Shown: positions 9,301 to 17,300 of the stretch, piece by piece
Layout: every line of letters begins with the position of its first letter
Numbering within the stretch: the first letter of the stretch is position 1
Source: an uncultured virus (IMG/VR IMGVR_UViG_3300028805_000105)
Lineage: Duplodnaviria > Heunggongvirae > Uroviricota > Caudoviricetes
Length of the DNA stretch: 20,000 bases
Virus record (IMG/VR): IMGVR_UViG_3300028805_000105
Reading direction: 5' to 3' (one strand)
Program-made: the position numbers and the translations under genes
Notes under the pieces: model-generated
Told to the model about the DNA's origin: nothing
The model's database searches: none
Seen by the model: only the letters and a program-made list of their open reading frames with translations

Positions 9301-11305
9301 TGCTCCTGTCGGTAAAAATGGTTTTGAGATAGAATCCAAAGAGGAAACGACCGAGCCTGAAACACCGACCGAGGAGCCGCCGATGGAATCGGCTGGGGAA
9401 GGGACAGAACTGACTCCCCCTGGACCCCTCTCAGAGGGGGAACTTGGACCCACAGACGAGGCGGTTGCAGCAGCCAACGAGGAAGTGGACACCAACCCGA
9501 CCGAGGCGCAGAAGGAGGCAGGGAACTATAAGAAGGGCCATGTCACCATTGACGGCTTCGACATCAGTATTGAGAACCCCGCTGGCTCGACCCGTAGAGG
9601 CACCGATGCCCAAGGCAATCCGTGGAGCGTCACCATGCACAATTCATACGGCTACATCCGCATGACCGAGGGCGTGGACGGCGACCATATCGACATCTTC
9701 CTTTCAGACCATATCGACGACTGGAACGGAACGGTGTATGTGGTTGACCAAGTGAATGCCGACGGCAGCTTCGACGAACACAAGGTGATGTACGGATTCA
9801 ACTCCGCAGAAGAGGCGAGGGAAGCCTACCTTTCCAACTATTCAGAAGGCTGGCAGGGACTTGGCACCATCACGGGCGTTAGCCGTGAGGAGTTCAAGAA
9901 ATGGGTTGATTCTTCGCATCGTAAGACCAAGGCGTTTGCAGATTACAAGTCGGTGCAGGCGACAGAGGGGCAGAATGAGGCCGCGATGGAATCGCAGCAA
10001 ACGGAAGAAGAGAAGCAATCTTCGCCTTGGTACGGCTCAATAGACGACGCACCAACGCCCGAAGGATTGAAGAGAGGACAAAAGGCGCGTTTGTTTGAAG
10101 AGGGCGAAAGGGCATATAGAAACGCATCGTTGAAAGTCCCGACATTCCAACTTGGAGTTGAGAAGAAAGTTGAACTGACATACGAAATGTTTGAGAAGGA
10201 GTATTCTGATATTGTTGGGAACTTCTTCTTCAAAGAGGATAAACCTTACTTGAAAGAGTTCTACGACTATTTCAACGCAAGGATGGATGCCGCTGAGATT
10301 AAATCTCAAACTGAAGGGACTGAACAGGAGGCCGCGAATACGCAGCCCACGGGACAGGACAACAATACGACTGATAATCAGACCGAAGAGACACCAGTAG
10401 AGGAAAACAGCGGAAATCAGGAGAAAACTTCCCAAGATGAGACACCAGCGGAGCAGCCTATTGATGATTCCGACATTGACGCATTGATTGAGGACTACAA
10501 GAAAAAAGCGGCTGCGACCAACAAGATTTGGAGCGCGTGGCTGGCAGACCCGAGCGGTAAACCCGCAGACTACGGCACGACGAGAGATGAGGAAGCAAAG
10601 GCATACGGCAGGGTAAGGGAGGCTTTGGCAGGTGTTTCGGAAGAGAAACTTGCCGAGATGGAGAATACCAACTATGGCGACTCTTTGCTCAACGACCTCA
10701 TCAAGGAGGAGCGCAACCGCAGAAACGAGCAGAAGGAGATTGAACAAAGGTTTACGGACGGGCTTGAAAAGCAGGGTGAGATTGGAAAGCAAACGAAACC
10801 AGTCAGTATTGAAAAGATACTGCCCGAGTTCACCTCTCGTGACGAGCAGCGTCCAATAATGAACTGCATCTATTACGACCCCGAAGGCTATGCCGTGGCT
10901 TCTGATGCTTTCATTCTTATCGCAAGCAAGTCGCAGTACGACCCGAAACAGGAGGGCAAGATGGTGGCGGCGCACAAGATTAAAGGCGTTGCCGAAAAGG
11001 GCGATGAGGTGGAAGGCAAGTTCATGAAATGGCGGAATGTCATTTCGCAGGCAAAGGCGAACAGTGCTGAAATAGACTTGCCGAAGCTGAGGGATTTCCT
11101 TGCTGGTGTGAAAGAGCTGATGAAAGGCAGCAAGGACGATGCCATCGTCCAGGTGCGGATGCCCAACGGCGAGATTATAGGCTTCGAGCCTGAATACCTG
11201 CTCAAGTTTGTGCAGGGCGCGGAGGCAATGGGTGTGAAAGAGATTGAGTACATAGCACCCAACCGAGCCATTACGGGCGTAGCGAGGACGGCATTGTGTT
11301 GTTGA
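3347..11305 (+). CDS. Giant polyvalent virion protein, N-terminal part (ART, DdrB-like ParB, inorganic pyrophosphatase, beta-clamp-like domains); probably continues into 11296..18708 across a frameshift
   Basis: 2652-aa ORF. Motifs: LYHGT...GFDGVI...EVVVF; NDRDY...VLSGNGRTMA; GNYKKGH...YGYI...GVDGDHID...FDEHKVMYGF; RPIMNCIYYD...ASDAFIL...EGKFMKWRNVI. Confidence 0.9.
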   Translation: MEDNLRSIYDKLVSSGSTGTYDEFVSFFNENDQNKRSVYDKLLTLGSKGTYDEFLTYAGAGQQPATERVDVSDVEAAQQPQAPAMESPDNGTEQAAIPTVTMEEADKIAQQPLYDIPTELTEENYLNVQQRAKDLKEKRRRIEAQLEADTEMEPLTVSQKQELERQLRGIDDEMKGLGGFIDEWSKTEGSKAYLEKQKQTVNSIDERINEKYRGGFMGFLDRLGAGMVNDPYAMYPKENGALVKDMLSENHEQYQLKAAKNEVRNAKKQLQLEDMRQNGELKGLAFIRGLETANYYELLPVEGLTDAAAMLELKKAIAEGRELTETEQLLYDAMEARAGVDFAYEDNNTMWERLGKTAPEQLMFTLQFVIGGGLTGATEAGERIAAKEAQKAAIRYAKKGVNSGARRFIGGTVIPKLEGMAVSSTIQTFANPLSLANMAEDFERRYAGDIYYDNDGNLHVFDNDRSAGQAAYQAIASAWIENFTEYSGQNITKSIRLADGKMFDLAGKFDNVMKNVGGGRIKDVFTVPQKLSHLTQIGSAPEEFLEEELGSVMNALFATDAQRGESYGDAFKRTVSQSFSGEQQLETLLSVTITSTLLGGGGNAVNAVGNAGYRREANREVERSKALLGKVHGIDIAELDNQIENGQISDISSYLKEQSDANGWSQDEQGAAVNYVLNRARQIGMKHHDDTAIEEAQAEMRKQAEDMANRWDGNIYNATWKDNEGNEQPVTIINGRIHYTTRENGTIHFNPYTSSGMIAIRLADGTKKQVPSRTITGIQSVMSVDEQLEAQGQTIPQMMQAQFEQEGMVVPTVESVFGGNLVPNVTTFEDGLYTYLGQDADGRYAFLNDHYGKDSDKAIMYLTERQLIEYGLSLNIQSANEDSRRKAQEDLDFMQQLDELAAEATDSQQWDVVKAFAARKVQFDENGGMVADGSNVGAAATYLLAVSDGSFENAIASVDEAVAAMTVGQQQQAEGRDIADDAAINAEGNANAARVDDGVAKKIDFYTQVRNALTERMEGQQEAKAEAVEATPVSQMEVGQEFPVVYDGQQAVAVVVGKDADGRNVVTIRDQDGNDLESGIDDWTDEQWERFRVRPEEATVEPQQERTEPEAEGIEQKPTEIEQNAPENEQKEPEKEQQEEDEEHRKRVERAENAILVDNSFRKHVAEDGTIIGKSGKPLTLYHGTMAKLSSPFELERGHRRPDGEKANFVADGISFTPYEDSAEEFALIGDKKGTVFAVNVTLKNPYIQFGINSAMNDEDSNAKTQRLIEQGFDGVIAYGSSKDVVEILGSIPMEVVVFDKSSIKEVTGPQDTEQIFEKVWEKYGDKAGHKIDVTAEDKSKTLDKAKKALEKAQTDYDDAPIGKEEKAEAALQKAQEEYNTALAEKQEWDEVKAVKDRFVAELLAAQQAADEERHARAVAEEEARRAEEERKAREREATGANNVAPNIREKWEGASKVEGNADEITLANGERIAGHYVLVESGAASASHDALNGFAKTEGFPLDENEQSVNDRDYERDQNAQQITRQIAAEYDSRALQQPVVVSQDGVVLSGNGRTMAGEIAAAQNTDGAYIDYLKKYAPKYGFTPEQVEGMAHPRVVFVPDASMPYTAETFAKFNQQEMKGQSKTEQAVKLGKLVDDATFGRIIRSINRFDTLGDFYADTNATAEAIGELLKAGAINQMQHTEMFDGDAISAQGREILENMLIGKAFESNPDAVRQLAAYKSLRQSVITALAEISNNIALGEYSLESELSDAIALAYNARKNGYKAGDAVSEFARQGKLFETEEDATAADYTNATVLMLADVMNDNRVTRLKKVLSIYNQQAEQSAAGQTDLFAEGVKTKQEILDEVLVLLQHGTETEQQQALDAAREQRKAAAEQGTGVQENGDTGEGDNGDGGRVVPENANHHKAKSVFSQGTEGDKRLAISLGNKGIVLEYDDNGVIFGSSAGIYDGFTLEQVFGKEVADEIIATISDKKRFEKDNVTILGAPVGKNGFEIESKEETTEPETPTEEPPMESAGEGTELTPPGPLSEGELGPTDEAVAAANEEVDTNPTEAQKEAGNYKKGHVTIDGFDISIENPAGSTRRGTDAQGNPWSVTMHNSYGYIRMTEGVDGDHIDIFLSDHIDDWNGTVYVVDQVNADGSFDEHKVMYGFNSAEEAREAYLSNYSEGWQGLGTITGVSREEFKKWVDSSHRKTKAFADYKSVQATEGQNEAAMESQQTEEEKQSSPWYGSIDDAPTPEGLKRGQKARLFEEGERAYRNASLKVPTFQLGVEKKVELTYEMFEKEYSDIVGNFFFKEDKPYLKEFYDYFNARMDAAEIKSQTEGTEQEAANTQPTGQDNNTTDNQTEETPVEENSGNQEKTSQDETPAEQPIDDSDIDALIEDYKKKAAATNKIWSAWLADPSGKPADYGTTRDEEAKAYGRVREALAGVSEEKLAEMENTNYGDSLLNDLIKEERNRRNEQKEIEQRFTDGLEKQGEIGKQTKPVSIEKILPEFTSRDEQRPIMNCIYYDPEGYAVASDAFILIASKSQYDPKQEGKMVAAHKIKGVAEKGDEVEGKFMKWRNVISQAKANSAEIDLPKLRDFLAGVKELMKGSKDDAIVQVRMPNGEIIGFEPEYLLKFVQGAEAMGVKEIEYIAPNRAITGVARTALCC
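3359..3516 (+). repeat. Duplicated N-terminal peptide module (RSIYDKLVSSGSTGTYDEF / RSVYDKLLTLGSKGTYDEF)
   Basis: Two copies 30 codons apart, visible in both protein and DNA (agaagcatatacgacaaact vs agaagcgtctatgacaagtt). Confidence 0.85.
6686..6760 (+). repeat. Imperfect 21-bp (7-aa) tandem repeat linker IEQKPTE/IEQNAPE/NEQKEPE/KEQQ
   Basis: Units start at 6686, 6707, 6728 and 6749. Confidence 0.75.
6830..7270 (+). other. ADP-ribosyltransferase domain (ART-PolyVal-like) within the giant protein
   Basis: Motifs YHGT (6890-6901), GISFTP..AEEFA, VxLKNPY, GFDGVI and EVVVFD (7229-7246) match the pattern of ARTs in polyvalent proteins. Confidence 0.8.
7740..8240 (+). other. DdrB-like ParB/Srx-fold domain within the giant protein
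   Basis: Motifs YVLVE...ASHD...NDRDYERD...PVVVSQDGVVLSGNGRTMA...PRVVFV...FAKFN. Confidence 0.8.
9488..9947 (+). other. Inorganic pyrophosphatase domain (polyvalent-protein InPase type) within the giant protein
   Basis: PTEAQKEAGNYKKGH, ISIENPAGSTRRG, YGYIRMTEGVDGDHIDIF and FDEHKVMYGF..EEAREAYLSNY. The DGDxxD metal-binding motif is intact. Confidence 0.9.
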
Positions 11306-11310
11306 TGCCG
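10817..11310 (+). other. Degenerate DNA polymerase III beta sliding-clamp-like domain spanning the frameshift
   Basis: SRDEQRPIMNCIYY, VASDAFIL, VEGKFMKWRNVI and IGFEPEYLL, then in the -1 frame GIVLLMP. These parallel the DnaN motifs RxxLxG, ATDxxRL, xGxFPxYxxVI, IGFNxxYL and YVxMP. Confidence 0.6.
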
Positions 11311-14300
11311 AAGAAAATATCCGCCGACTACGGCGGCAGGGAGTTCTATTACGACCTTTCGGATAAGACCGATAGGACCGATAGGACAAGGAGGACGGAG
11401 AAGGCCGAGAAGACTGACAAGACCGAGGAGGAACCCAAGAAGGAGACCAAGAAGCAGGCCAACACCCCGAGCAAGGCGGGGCCTGCGAAGATTGACGACG
11501 TGGGCGAGAAGATTGGCGGGGCGAGGAAAGACCTTGCCCAGCAGATGTCGGGCAAAATCAAGCTGGATGCAGACACTTTCCAGAAGATGTTCCCCAAGTT
11601 CGACCTGAAGAAGCTGGTGGAGCAGGGCCTTGACCCGAAGATGGCGGCAGCCGTGATGTTCCTGAGACAGGCGGCCTATGCGGAATACAAGCAGAAGAAC
11701 AAGCGGCAGGGCAAGGACAGAGCCTTGGCAGCCGCCAAGTTCTTTGCCGCCTACGCCAAGCAGGTGCTTGAGAAGGGCGACACCGACGTTGAGTTCACGG
11801 ACTCGGGCTGGGTGTTCACCGACTACGGCAAGATTCACGTGAAGGCCAACATCGCCCTGTACGGAAAGATTCACGACAAGATGGGCAACGACATGTTTGA
11901 CGTCGACCTTACGGGGTACGAGATTTTCCCCGTGAACGTGGACAGCAAGTCGACCTACACCGCATACAGGAAGAACGAGAAGGGCGAGAACGTGCCTTTC
12001 AAGCCAAGATACGTGACGAGGACGAAGAGCAGGACTTCCTACTTCAAGGAGGACGAGCTTGACCAAGCCATCGACGAGGTGGTGAGCATGGTGGAACAGG
12101 GTGTGTCTTACGACAAGTCGCACCCCTACAAGCTGGGCGTGTACTACACGAGAGGCAAGGACAACAGCTTCTACGTAGGCGTGAAGATAGGCAACGAGGT
12201 GAAGGCACTGACCGAGCCGGGGAGCCTTGACGCGACACGCGCCTACCTCAACGAACACGAGGCCGAGCTTCAGGCCGAGGCTGCTCGTGTGGAGCAGCAG
12301 ACCAAGGAGGCCAAGAAGAAGGAACGCCCCGTGGCCAAGGTGGAAATCATCAAGAGCGACAGGTCGCAGGGCGCACTGTACGGCTACGTGTTTGCCGTGA
12401 AGATTGGCAAGGAATATGTCAACATCATGGACGACACCTTCGACCTGCGCACGATATACAAATACGAGAAGGAACACCACGACGAGCTTCAGGAGAAGGC
12501 GCAGCAGATGCTCGACCGGTATCTTGAGGAGAAGGAGAGCGGCAAGGGCTGGAAGCCACAGCTCAACCTCGGCGGCGGACGCGCGAGAGTGGGCGAGGAC
12601 TACCGCAAGGGCCGCGACATCGGTGCCGACGAGTTCAGGGACACGTTCGGTTTCCGTGGCGTGGAGTTCGGCAACTATGTGACACAGAAGGAACGCCAGC
12701 GTTACCTCAACGAGGCCTACGACGCTTTCATGGACTTGGCCGACCTGCTGGGCGTTTCGCCCAAGGCTTTGTCGCTGGGCGGCCAGCTCGGTTTTGCCAT
12801 CGGAGCGAGAGGCGGCGGCGGGAAGAACGCTGCCCACTACGAGCCGGAGCTTAACGTCATCAACCTGACCAAGACGCAGGGCGCGGGCAGCGTGGCCCAT
12901 GAATGGTGGCACGCCTTGGACTTCTACTTCAACCAAAGGAACGGCGAACGCAAGAGACCCGCAACGGGCAACACCGTGGCCGAATCGTTTGACGCGAGCG
13001 TGCGCAGGGAGATGGCCGAGGCTTTCGTGGGGCTGATGGAGAAGGTGAACGACAGCGAGTATTTCAGACGCTCGAAGCGACTGGACAACAAGACGAACAG
13101 ACAGTATTTCGCCACCGACACGGAGCTGGGCGCGAGGGCGTTCCAAGACTACGTGCAGCGCAGGCTGACCGAGCGCGGGCAGGTGAACGACTTCCTTTCG
13201 TCGTTCACTCCCGAGGAGCAGTGGAACGGCGAGGAGACCACCTATCCCTATCCCACTGGAGAAGAGGCTAATGCCATTGACGAGCGTTTCGACAACCTGT
13301 TTTCCACTATGGAGGAGCGGGAAGGCGAGAACGGGGCTGTGGAGCTGTTCAGCATCGGCGATGGGACCGATGGGACCAATGGGACCGATGCGCAACAGGT
13401 GGCCTACAACGCCGTGCGTGAGGCTTTGGCGAATGCGGGCATTGAGGTGGTGGAGGCCACGGAGGATGACGTGAAGCGGCTGAAGGATTCGCGCAAGCAG
13501 CTGAAGGACAGCAAAGGAACCATCCGCGGCTGGGTCGGCAACGACGGCAAGATACACCTTACCAAGGACGGACTGAACGCCGAGACCCCAATACACGAAT
13601 ACACCCACCTTTGGGCGGAGGCTTTGCAGATGACCAACCCCGACCTTTGGGAGCAGATCAAGGGCTTGCTGAAGGACACACCCGAATGGAAGCGCATCAC
13701 CTCGATGAAGGAATACTCGAACCTGAAGGACGACGACAGGATAGCTGGCGAGGTGCTTGCCCATATCAGCGGCAAGAAAAACGCCGAGCGCATGGAAGCC
13801 GAGGCCAAGCGGATGATTGACGAGGCCCCGACCTTGGAGGAAGCGGCCAAGGCTGCAAACCTCTTGGGCAGGATGCGCAATGCCTTGAAGAAGTTCTGGA
13901 CTTGGGTAGGCAAGACCCTGTTGGGCAGGAAGGGCAACATCAACATCGATCAGGTGTCGAACATGGTGCTGGCCGACCTTACCAATGGCATCGACCCGTT
14001 CAATCCGAGAGGAGGGAAGAGGACTAATAGGACGAAGAGGACTGATGCTTCGGTGGAGAGCGTGGCGAGAGAGGATGGGAATGAACAACCCAAACCGATG
14101 CCGAGAGATATTAGTGCAAATGGTTACCAACACAACAATGCTTTCATTGAACAAGACAAGAAATTTATTGAATACATTGAGTCGAGAACTGGTGTTCAGT
14201 TCAAGAAGAACCTTAACTCAAATTCTTGGTATGGCGTAAAAGACGGCAAAGAGATAAGGATTTCAGACCATTTCAACAAAAAGACCGACCAAGATAAGTA

Positions 14301-17300
14301 TTACTTCAATGAAGATGCAGACTATATTATAGCAAAAATAAACGGCACAAATCCTTTTGAAAGATATTCGGAAGGTGATACTATCACTCATAGGATATTA
14401 GGTGAGGTTGAGTTTATTTCCTATAATGGTGAAAAAGGCTATGTTGAGGTGAGGCTGAAAGATGGCAGTGTCCATAAATACGATGAAGACAGGTTTGCTA
14501 TTCCTGAAAACTACGATATTCGGTACATGGTAAGCCCGTTTCAAGGTATCATAAACGAGAAAGGAGAGATAGACAATGACAGACTCAATGAGGTTATCGA
14601 TAGCGTCAGACGAGGCGTTTATCAGGTATCGAGAATCAGTAGAGAACTACGCGATGAAAACGAGACGGTTCCAGCAATCGCTGCCCAAGCAATCGCTAAG
14701 GGATTCGTTGAGGCAGAACTTGCTCGTCAAAGGGACGACGCGGCAGAACGAAAAGGTGCTGATGGAAGGAACGAGAGAGGAACAGGACGCGGTGTTGAGG
14801 AAGGAGTTCCCGCATCTGGCCGACAGGATATAAGCAGGCTTATCAAGCAATGGGCGAAAGACAACGGCTATTGGTTTGACGAGAAGCGCATCAAGGGCTT
14901 CGGTGACGAGATAAAAGGAGGCAGCGAGAGCCGTGTGTTCCGTTCAAAAGACGGTCAGACCATCGTCAAGTCAACAGGCCCGTACAACTACGACGGATAC
15001 AACCAACTCGTCATTGAGAGCATGGAGATGTTTGGCAAGGTGTTCCCGAACACACCATACACCATTCTCGGATTTGCCGAGGATACGGATGGCAACCTTT
15101 GTGTAGTGGCTTCGCAGCCGTATGTGAGCGGTGTTTCGATTAAGGAGTATGCCGAGCAGCAGGGATGGGTTGTTGAGGATGAAATCACCATCGGGCTTGA
15201 CACGGAGCGCATGAACGATTTCCTTGAAAGGAAGATTTCGGAGCAGTACGGATTAAACGTGTCGGGCGGTTTCGGCAACTATGAGAACCTGTATTACATG
15301 GTGAACGACCTGCACAGGGGCAACGTGATTGTTGATGCCAACGGCGATGTGAGCGTTATCGACGCTAATATTTCGCTGAACACGGACGACAAGTTTGTGG
15401 ACTATCTGAACGACGACATACGATTCAGCATTACAGGACCCGATAACGCCATAGCAGGTGACTACAACCGCATTGCCGAGGAGGTGAACCGCAAGACTGG
15501 TGTCACGAAGGAGGCGGTTTCGGGTGCTGTGCGCTGGCTGAAGAAGGCTTGGCGCAACTGGATTGACTATGCAAGACCCATACAGCAGATGCAGGAGAGC
15601 ATCGAGAAGGCCCTTGGCCGCAAACTGCGCGACAGCGAGGATGTGTTCAACTCCATCTACAGGATGCCCAATGTGGTGCAGTCGGTCTATAACAACATGG
15701 ACAAGGCTTTCATGCGCCCGATGAAGAATGCCGTGGGCAGGGTGATTGACGACCTCGGCCTTGACTTCGACGAGGGCTACAACGCCTTTTCGCGCTACCT
15801 CATCGCCAAGCATGGCTTGGAAAGAAACGAATGGTTCCACCAGCAGGCATTGGCCAAAGACCCGACCGCAGAGGAAGAGGACAAGGCCGGCTTGACGGGG
15901 CTTGCGGAACTGCTGGGCAAAGACCCGAAGGACTACAAGGCCGTGGCCGAGCAGGTGGTGAAGGACTTCGAGGCAGAGGTGAACCCTGACAACCTGAAAA
16001 GAATGTGGAAGTCCATCAACGCCGTCACTGACGCGCTGCTCCAAATGGAGTTTGAAAGCGGACTGACTGACAAGGCGCACCTCAACGAACTGAAATCGGG
16101 CGGGCGGTTCAAGAACTATGTCCCGCTGCGCGGATTCAACTCGAAGACGATAGGTGAGTATTTCGACTATGACGAACTGATCGGGCAGTTTGCCAACCCC
16201 ATCCAACGGATGAAAGGAAGGACGAGCCTCGCGGCTGACCCGCTGGCCGCCATCGCGGAGATGATGCAGGGCGTGATACTGGCCTCGGAGAAAAACAAAG
16301 TGGGCTTGAAGTTCTACCACCTGACCGTCAACTCGAAGAGCGACCTGCTGAAACTGCGCAACATGTGGATGGAGCAGAACGTGAAAGGCGAGTGGGTTGA
16401 GGTAGTCCCCGACATCGACGAGGACGCGACACCCGAACAGGTGGCCGAGGCACTTGCCCGGTTTGAAGATGAAATGAAGCAGAAGAAGGCCGCGGGCGAG
16501 AAGGTGAAGCAAGGCGCAAGCAGGCTCGACCTCACCGTTGACAGCAGCATAGACAAGGACACGAAGGTGCTGCCCAAGTATGCCAAGCGGCACGAGGTGA
16601 CCGTTTACATGAACGGCAAGCCGAGGGTCATCTTTGTGAACGGCAACCCCGAAATCGCCCGCATCATGAACGAGGGGGCAAGGAAGGTGAACGCCGAATG
16701 GCTGAAACCGCTGTTTTGGCTGACCCGCGCCAAGGCGCAACTGAACACCACCTATTCGCCATTGTTCCCGTTCCGCAACACGCCGCGCGACATGCAGTTC
16801 ATGCTCCGCAACGCATTCATCATGGACGGTCTGAAGGGATGGAAGGTGGCGCAGTTCAACCTTGCGAGGGCCATGAGAGCCGTTCCGCGACTGGTGGCCA
16901 CCGAATACTGGACGAAGAGCAACACCGCCAACCTCGGAAAACTGCTGCACCGCATACGGGTGACCGACCAAAACGGCAACATCGTGGAGACCCTGACGGG
17001 CAAGGATGCCGCCGAGCGCATACTGCAATGGTGGAACGAGTTCATGGAAAACGGCGGCGAGACGGGCATGATAAAGACCTTGAACGCAGAGAAATACGAG
17101 GAGGAACTGCGCGAGAGCATCCGCGACCTGATGAACGGCAAGCGCGAGGACGGCGAGAGCGTGCTGAAGAAACTGACCTTCGGCGGCATGGAGCAGATGG
17201 GCAGGATAAGCGAGGACATTTCGCGCTTCGCTGCCTACATGGCCTACCGCTCGACTGGCCACAGCATACACCAAAGCGCGACCCGCGCCAACAACATCAC

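Noticed and set aside
9671..9697. DGD motif as a possible crAss-like virion RNA polymerase active site
   Set aside because: GVDGDHID sits in a clear pyrophosphatase context, and I found no DxDxD polymerase motif, so there is no support for a vRNAP.
11248..11305. Programmed -1 ribosomal frameshift signal
   Set aside because: There is no slippery heptamer or obvious stimulatory hairpin in the overlap; a single-G deletion is the simpler explanation.
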